Part shown: piece by piece, positions 58,267-64,000 of the stretch | Layout: the number at the start of each line of letters is the position of its first letter | How positions within the stretch are numbered: the stretch's first letter is position 1 | Source of the DNA: an uncultured Actinomycetes bacterium | Lineage (GTDB): Bacteria; Actinomycetota; UBA4738; HRBIN12 | DNA length: 64,000 nucleotides | Assembly: GCA_963734275.1 (NCBI GenBank) | Contig: CAVTGO010000013.1 | Span: 128,552-192,551, forward strand | Direction of reading: 5' to 3' | Made by a program: the position numbers and the translations under genes | The notes under the pieces: generated by a model | Told to the model about the DNA's origin: nothing | Database searches by the model: none | The model's input: only the letters and a program-made list of their open reading frames with translations

Positions 58267-59850
58267 TCAGTCGCGGGACGGGCCGGGAAGGAACACGCGG
58301 AACGAGCTGCCACCGCCGGGTCGATCCTGCACCCACGCGCGTCCCCCGTGGAGCTCGGCGAACCGCGACACGAGCGACAGGCCGATGCCCGAGCCGGCCG
58401 ACCCGGGGTCGCCCTTGTGGAAAGGCTCGAAGATGTCCTGCTTGATCTCGTCGGGAACGCCGGGGCCCTCATCCTCCACGGCGACGAGCACACCACCGTC
58501 CTCCGGCAGGACGCGCACCCACAGCCGCGAGCCCTCGGGCGTGTGCCGCGACGCGTTCACGAGCAGGTTGTCCACCATGCGCTCGACCTTCGGCGCGTCG
58601 ACCGGGGCGACGACCGGACGTGCGGAGATCTCGACGGGTCGGCCGCCGAGGACATCGCTCGCGTGCACGAGGTCGGTCACGAGCTGCCCAACGTCAACCG
58701 GGAAACGCGTCGGTTCTGCGATCCCGCGACCCAGGCGCTCGAGATCGAGCAGGTCGTCAAGGAGCTTGTCCATCTTCCGCGCCCGAACCGTCATCCCGTC
58801 GAGGAGCTCCTGCGCATCGGACTCGCGCAGCTCGGGCCGCTTCAGGGCAGAGGTGGCCGTCAGGATCGCCGTGATCGGTCCCTTCAGGTCGTGCGAGAGG
58901 GTGTGCAGCAGCGTGTTCTTCAGGTCGTCCATCGCACGCAGCTGTTCGGCCTGGGCTTGTTCGCGTTCGAGCGCGCTCATGAGATCGGCCTCGGCCTCCA
59001 TCTGCGCCGAGATGTCGAGCAGGAAGCCCTGCGAGAACAGCGCGGTGCCGTCTTCCTCGAACACGACGACGGCAACGTCGCGGACCCACACGATCCTCCC
59101 ATCGCGGTGCGTCACGCGGTAGGTCTCGTCGAACGGCTCGTTCGTCTCGGCGTGTGCGGCCTCGGCCGCGCGGCAGCGCTCTCGGTCGTCCGGATGCACC
59201 AGCGTGCCGAGCCACAGATCGGGGTCGTCCACCCAGGCCTGTTGGTCGTAGCCGAACAGCGCCTCGGTCTGCGGGCTCGTGTAGACGTTCGTGGCGCGCT
59301 CGTCGAGCTCGTCAACGTAGACGACGCAGGGGAGCGACTCGACGAGGCTGCGGTAGCGCCGGTCTGCGCGCCGCGCTTGCTCCTCGGCCTCCTTCTCGGC
59401 GGTGATGTCGAACATCACGCCCTGCCAGAACGTCCCGCCGTCGCGCTCGATGATCACCGCGTTGTCGCGGAACCAGTGGAGCCGGCCGCCTCGGTCGTGC
59501 ATCCGGTACTCGGCGTGGAACGGGCGCTTGGTCAGCTCGGCCGTGCGCTCGGCCGCCATCACGGTCGTTCGGTCGGCGGGGTGCCTCAGCTTCTGCCACA
59601 GGCCGGGATCGTCGAGGAACTCCTGCGGTGCGTGGCCGAGGATCCTGGCCGCTTGCGGCGAGACGTAGGTGCTCCGCTGACCGGAGGGCGCGCCCGACAT
59701 CGAGGACCCGTGGACCTCGGTATAGGTGATCGCGGGGATCTGTTCGACGAGCGTGCGGTAGTCCACCGGTCCGTCCGGACCGGTCTTCACCGCCGCCGGG
59801 GCGTGGTCGTCCGGCTGCGTCGGCGGTTCCGCTGATCGCGCGAGCGACAC
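58267..59850 (-). CDS. PAS-PAS sensor histidine kinase (orphan), paralog of the kinase at 54420..56315
   Basis: H-box [13 protein letters not shown]. The HATPase_c region is nearly identical in pattern to the other kinase ([21 protein letters not shown]). Confidence 0.85.
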   Translation of the reverse strand: MSLARSAEPPTQPDDHAPAAVKTGPDGPVDYRTLVEQIPAITYTEVHGSSMSGAPSGQRSTYVSPQAARILGHAPQEFLDDPGLWQKLRHPADRTTVMAAERTAELTKRPFHAEYRMHDRGGRLHWFRDNAVIIERDGGTFWQGVMFDITAEKEAEEQARRADRRYRSLVESLPCVVYVDELDERATNVYTSPQTEALFGYDQQAWVDDPDLWLGTLVHPDDRERCRAAEAAHAETNEPFDETYRVTHRDGRIVWVRDVAVVVFEEDGTALFSQGFLLDISAQMEAEADLMSALEREQAQAEQLRAMDDLKNTLLHTLSHDLKGPITAILTATSALKRPELRESDAQELLDGMTVRARKMDKLLDDLLDLERLGRGIAEPTRFPVDVGQLVTDLVHASDVLGGRPVEISARPVVAPVDAPKVERMVDNLLVNASRHTPEGSRLWVRVLPEDGGVLVAVEDEGPGVPDEIKQDIFEPFHKGDPGSAGSGIGLSLVSRFAELHGGRAWVQDRPGGGSSFRVFLPGPSRD

Positions 59851-59990
59851 CCGGTCCTCCCGACCTGTCGATCATCCGTTCGGAGTAGGCATCGGCGCGG
59901 TCGGGCGAGGTCTTGATGGGCGGGTAACGGTTCTGTGAACAGGCACGCTCGAGGCTTGTGCCCTCGCGGTCCCGGGGGCATCATGCCTGC

Positions 59991-60263
59991 GTGGAGGCGT
60001 ACATCTTCCTGCAGGTCAAGGTCGGGACCGATGCGCGCGTGGCTCGGGCCGTCGGCGACCTGGACGGGGTGACCTCGGTGGACGTCGTGACCGGGCCGCA
60101 CGACGTGGTCGCCCGGGCCGAGGCCGACAGCCTCGACGAGCTGGGCAAGCGAGTGCTGCGCCCGTTGCAGGAGGTCGACGGCGTGGTCCGCACGCTGACC
60201 TGCCCGATCATGCGGCGCTGGACGAGGCTCGCCGAGGCCGAGGGAGCGACGGACCCCGAGTAA
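59991..60263 (+). CDS. stand-alone Lrp/AsnC-type RAM (ligand-binding) domain protein
   Basis: VEAYIFLQVKVGTDARVARAVGDLDGVTSVDVVTGPHDVVARAEADSLDELGKRV matches the AsnC C-terminal fold. GTG start inferred. Confidence 0.6.
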   Translation: MEAYIFLQVKVGTDARVARAVGDLDGVTSVDVVTGPHDVVARAEADSLDELGKRVLRPLQEVDGVVRTLTCPIMRRWTRLAEAEGATDPE

Positions 60264-60277
60264 CCGGGCGCGGCCGT

Positions 60278-61162
60278 GTGACAGCCGGCCCCGGCTCGGT
60301 CCAGACTGTCCGGGTGAGCCACGTCGAGTACCGCGCCCGTCCCGAGATCGACCGTCCGATCGTCGTGTGTGCCTTCTCCGGGTGGAACGACGGCGGGGAG
60401 GCCGCGACCACCGCGGTCCGAGAGCTCCGTGACCAGTGGGGCGCGCGCCGGTTTGCGTCGATCGACCCCGAGGAGTTCTACGACTTCCAGGTCAACCGGC
60501 CCACGGTCCGGTCGATCGAGGGCGCGATGCGGCGCGTCTCGTGGCCGCGCAACGACTTCTCGTTCGCGCGCCTCGGCGGTCGCGACATCGTCGTGTTCCT
60601 CGGCGTCGAACCCAATGTGCGGTGGCGGACGTACGCGCAGTCGATCCTCAGCGTTTGCTCCGAGCTCCGCGCCGAGTTGCTCGTGACGCTCGGCGCGTTC
60701 CTCGCCGACGTGCCGCACACGCGGCCGTCGCCGGTGAACGCCGCCAGCGAGGACGAGACGTGGCTGGCGAAGCCCGGCGTCGAGCCGGCGCGGTACGAGG
60801 GTCCCACGGGCATCGTGGGCGTCGTGAACGCGACCGCGGCGCGCGCCGGCGTGCCGGCGCTGTCCCTGTGGGGCGCGGCCTCGCACTACCTGCCGCAGAC
60901 CGTGAACCCGAAGGTCGCGCTCGCGCTGCTGGAGGCCCTGCGGGAGCTGACCGGCCTGCCGATCGACACCGGCGAGATGGAGATGGCCGCCCGCGCGTTC
61001 GAGCGCGAGGTGACCGAGGCGATCGAGGAGGACGGCAACCTCGAGGCCTACGTGAAGCGGCTCGAGGAGTCCGTCGAGGGCGGAGAGCTCGAGGTGGCGA
61101 GCGGGGACGACCTCGCGGCCGAGCTAGAGCGCTACCTCCGCGACCACGGCGGCGCTGAGTAG
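60278..61162 (+). CDS. PAC2-family protein (proteasome-assembly-chaperone-2-like, actinobacterial)
   Basis: 294 aa, ...PIVVCAFSGWNDGGEAAT... pattern typical of the actinobacterial PAC2 family. Confidence 0.7.
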   Translation: MTAGPGSVQTVRVSHVEYRARPEIDRPIVVCAFSGWNDGGEAATTAVRELRDQWGARRFASIDPEEFYDFQVNRPTVRSIEGAMRRVSWPRNDFSFARLGGRDIVVFLGVEPNVRWRTYAQSILSVCSELRAELLVTLGAFLADVPHTRPSPVNAASEDETWLAKPGVEPARYEGPTGIVGVVNATAARAGVPALSLWGAASHYLPQTVNPKVALALLEALRELTGLPIDTGEMEMAARAFEREVTEAIEEDGNLEAYVKRLEESVEGGELEVASGDDLAAELERYLRDHGGAE

Positions 61163-61180
61163 CGCGCTGCCCCGGCGCGC

Positions 61181-62260
61181 TCAGGCCGACTCGGCGCGGA
61201 ACCCATCCATGAATGCCCGGAGCGCCTGCACACCTTCGAGCGGCATCGCGTTGTAGATCGACGCCCGGATGCCGCCCACGCTCCGGTGTCCGCGCAGCTC
61301 CACGAGACCGGCCTCGGCGGCACGGTCCACGAACATCCGCTCCAACTCCTGCGACGGGAGCCGGAACGTGACGTTCATCAGCGAGCGCGCGCCGGGCGCC
61401 GCGTGACCGCGGTAGAAGCCCTCCGAGCCGTCGAGCGCCTCGTACAGCAGGCCGGCCTTCGCCCGGTTGCGGTCGTGCATCTCCTCGAGCCCGCCGACGT
61501 CGTCGAGGAGCCAACGCGTGACGAGCATCATCACGTAGATCGCGAACACCGGCGGCGTGTTGAACATCGACCCGTGATCGGCGTAGGTCCGGTAGTCCAG
61601 CATCGTGGGGAGGCCGGCCGGGCCCTGCTCGAGCAGGTCCTGCCGGGCGATCGCGATCGTCGCCCCGGCCGGTCCGGCGTTCTTCTGCGCTGCCGCGTAG
61701 AGCAGCCCGTAGCGCTCGACCGGGATCGGCTGGGACAGGACGTCGCTGGAGGCGTCGCAGACGAGCGGAGGACCGTCGAGGGGCTCGAAGCCGCTCGGGA
61801 ACGCCACGCCCTCGATGGTCTCGTTCGACGTGACGTGCAGGTAGCCGGCGGCGCCGGGGTCCATAGCCGAAAGATCGGGAACGTCGGTGAAGCTCCCGCC
61901 GGCGCCGTCCCACGCCGAGATCGGATCGCCGAGCCTCTGGGCCTCGGCCCACGCGCGGCGACCCCACGAGCCGGTCACGACGTACGCTCCACGGCCGAGG
62001 TTCATCGGCACCATCGAGAACTGCAGCGACGCCCCGCCCTGCAGGAACAGCACCTGGTACGTGGGCGGGATCCGCAGCAGGTCCCGAAGGTTGGCCTCCG
62101 CCTCCTCGATGACCGCCTCGAACGCGGGAGAGCGATGGCTGATCTCCAGGACCGAGGCGCCCGCGCCGGGGAGCGACAGGAGCTCGTCCCGGGTCCGCTC
62201 GAGCACCGGGAGCGGCAGGGCCCCGGGCCCAGCGGCGAAGTTCCACACGCGCTCGGTCAT
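61181..62260 (-). CDS. serC: phosphoserine aminotransferase
   Basis: MTERVWNFAAGPGALP..., PLP-Lys context (...AQKNAGPAG...). 359 aa. Confidence 0.9.
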   Translation of the reverse strand: MTERVWNFAAGPGALPLPVLERTRDELLSLPGAGASVLEISHRSPAFEAVIEEAEANLRDLLRIPPTYQVLFLQGGASLQFSMVPMNLGRGAYVVTGSWGRRAWAEAQRLGDPISAWDGAGGSFTDVPDLSAMDPGAAGYLHVTSNETIEGVAFPSGFEPLDGPPLVCDASSDVLSQPIPVERYGLLYAAAQKNAGPAGATIAIARQDLLEQGPAGLPTMLDYRTYADHGSMFNTPPVFAIYVMMLVTRWLLDDVGGLEEMHDRNRAKAGLLYEALDGSEGFYRGHAAPGARSLMNVTFRLPSQELERMFVDRAAEAGLVELRGHRSVGGIRASIYNAMPLEGVQALRAFMDGFRAESA

Positions 62261-62343
62261 CCTCCCATGCTCCCGGCCGGGCGGTCGAGCGTCACTCGAG
62301 TCGGTGTTTCACCCGAGGGGGCGGTCGTGCCGATACCCATGCC

Positions 62344-63888
62344 ATGGCCGTCGTCGCCGCTTCCCTGCTGCGCTCGCGAACAGCGCGCGTGCGGCCGTTC
62401 CTCTGGGTCCTCGTGCTCTGCGCAGCGGCGGGCGGGCTCTACGCCTGGATGCGCGTGCCGGTCGCCGGCCAGCTGCACGCGGATTTCGCGGGCTGGTGCG
62501 AGCGGCTGTCGATGCGCCCGGGGGACTGGCCGTGCGAGCTGACGGGCTCGCGGATGCTCGTCTCCTACGTGGGTGGCTCACTCCTGATCGCGGCCGCCCT
62601 CGCGCTCCCGGGGGTCCTGCTCGCGCTGAGCGGGCGTCGGCTCTCGGCGCTGCTCCCGGCCGCGCTCGGCGGCGGGGCCGCGCTGCTCTCCGCCGTCGTG
62701 AACGTGAGCCGCGGGGGCGATCCGCAGATGCTGTTCGGGATCGGTGACTCGTTCCTCGGGGGCGGCGACGGATCCTCCTACTGGCAAGGGCACGGGGCGC
62801 TCGCGATCGCGGCGGACCTGGTCCTCGTGACCGTGCCGGCCGTCGCGGTGATGACCGTGCTCCGGCCGAAGCCCCGGCTGCGGCCGACGGACCTCCCGCG
62901 GCATGCGGCGTGGGCGGCGACCTTCGTCGTCGCCGGCGTCATCCTGATGTTCCGACTGCTCTGGTTCCGCCTGCCCGGTGAGATGTTCATCTCCACGACG
63001 CTCGCGTTCTCGTGGGTCTCGGTCGGCATCATGGCTCTGTTCGGGGCGTTGCTCGGGACACACCGGCGGTGGTGGCCGTGGGCCCTCGCGCCCGTTGCGA
63101 TCCTGCTCTCGCTCGGACCCGCGATGGCCCTGATGGGGATCCCGTCGCGGTTCACGGCTCTCACGTGGTTCCGGGGCGCCGTGCCGCTCGCCGGCGTCGG
63201 GCTGGTTGCCTCGCTGTGGCGGCCGATCGCGAACGTCTTCGCGGGACGTGGCCGCCGCGAGTTGCGGCCGGCGGCCGTCTCTCTGACGATCGACGTTCCG
63301 AGCGTGCGACCGGCGGTGGTCTGGAACGCGCTCGCGGCCGGGCTCCTGGTCGTGACGTTGATCGCCGTTCGTGCCGATCCGCTGCCCGTGCAGATCTCCA
63401 TGACGCTCCCCACCTACCTCGGGCAGCGGGAGCTGGCGCATGACGTTCGCGCCAAGCAGAACCTGGATGCCGCGCTCGACGCGATGGAGTCCTACCGCGC
63501 GACGAACGAGACCTACGCGGGGTTCGACGCGGCAGTCGGAGAGGCGGCCTCCCCCGAGCTCTCCTGGCAAGACGGGCGGACCGGGGAACACCTCGTCGTC
63601 GGCGTGACGCTCGCAACGGAGTCTCACGCGCAGGTGGTCGCGCTCAGCGGGAGCGGGACCGCGTTCTGCCTCCAGGAGATCGGCGGCGATCGGACGCTCG
63701 GTGCGGCGGAGCGAGGTGGTCTGGCGGCCGCGCGCGCCGAGTGCGGCTCGACGATGTGGACCGCGGGGGAGCTGCGCATGTTCGACGTCGAGGCGATGTG
63801 CGACGGCATGGACGATCAGGTCGTGACGATGTGCCGTGCCGTCCAGCGCCTCGTGTACGAGACGCTCGCCACGTCGGCACCTGCCTGA
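62344..63888 (+). CDS. hypothetical polytopic membrane protein with C-terminal extracytoplasmic Cys-containing domain
   Basis: 514-aa ORF, at least 8 hydrophobic helices, C-terminal region with 4 Cys. Confidence 0.55.
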   Translation: MAVVAASLLRSRTARVRPFLWVLVLCAAAGGLYAWMRVPVAGQLHADFAGWCERLSMRPGDWPCELTGSRMLVSYVGGSLLIAAALALPGVLLALSGRRLSALLPAALGGGAALLSAVVNVSRGGDPQMLFGIGDSFLGGGDGSSYWQGHGALAIAADLVLVTVPAVAVMTVLRPKPRLRPTDLPRHAAWAATFVVAGVILMFRLLWFRLPGEMFISTTLAFSWVSVGIMALFGALLGTHRRWWPWALAPVAILLSLGPAMALMGIPSRFTALTWFRGAVPLAGVGLVASLWRPIANVFAGRGRRELRPAAVSLTIDVPSVRPAVVWNALAAGLLVVTLIAVRADPLPVQISMTLPTYLGQRELAHDVRAKQNLDAALDAMESYRATNETYAGFDAAVGEAASPELSWQDGRTGEHLVVGVTLATESHAQVVALSGSGTAFCLQEIGGDRTLGAAERGGLAAARAECGSTMWTAGELRMFDVEAMCDGMDDQVVTMCRAVQRLVYETLATSAPA

Positions 63889-64000
63889 GGATCCGCTAGC
63901 CGGAGGCGGCCCGCCCGGCCAGGATGCGCACCGTCTGCGAGCCCCATCCGCCGACTAGCTGGAGGAGGGGTGTCCCGATCAGCCAATGGTGACCGTGGGG

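Noticed and set aside
1-64000. tRNA/rRNA genes and mobile elements (transposase, integrase, phage genes)
   Set aside because: Scanned for T-loop GTTCGA(A/G)TC contexts and for IS/integrase-like ORFs. None found. No terminal inverted repeats typical of IS elements noticed.

Overview
High-GC (about 70%) actinobacterial-type chromosomal segment, densely coding, with no rRNA, tRNA, CRISPR or transposase detected. Main coding content, start to end: (1) two translationally coupled fused-type ABC exporter genes; (2) a stand-alone GcvT-family aminomethyltransferase; (3) two paralogous small Zn-ribbon protein genes, each preceded at the same distance by a roughly 53-nt near-identical upstream element, flanking a YpfJ-type metallopeptidase and a CsbD stress protein gene; (4) a PAP2 phosphatase, a PHP phosphoesterase, a GNAT and a membrane adenylate cyclase; (5) a corrinoid-dependent quaternary-amine methyltransferase system: MtgC-like corrinoid protein, MtgA-like pterin-binding methyltransferase, a RACo-like reductive activase fused to a DUF1638-like domain, and a non-pyrrolysine MttB-family methyltransferase; (6) a DeoR regulator followed by a roughly 8-kb stretch of frameshift-disrupted genes (metallophosphoesterase, APC permease, a dimethylglycine-dehydrogenase-like gene and an APH/choline-kinase-like gene), next to a better-preserved paralogous kinase + DMGDH module; (7) a branched-chain amino acid super-operon (leader peptide + attenuator, small ORF, ilvB-ilvN-ilvC-leuA-leuB-cimA) with 4-nt start/stop overlaps; (8) a degenerate REC-domain membrane protein, a large PAS-GGDEF-EAL protein, an MFS transporter, a TPR protein and an alpha-oxoamine synthase; (9) leuD-leuC divergent from an IclR regulator whose intergenic region carries two GTTCCA-N5-TGGAAC palindromes immediately followed by a 9-bp tandem repeat (x10, in-frame PPS repeat); (10) two paralogous orphan PAS histidine kinases flanking a PBP4/DacB gene; and (11) an Lrp-type RAM domain protein, a PAC2 protein, serC and a membrane hypothetical. 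Many long ORFs in the six-frame track are antisense or alternative-frame artefacts of the high GC content and were not called.
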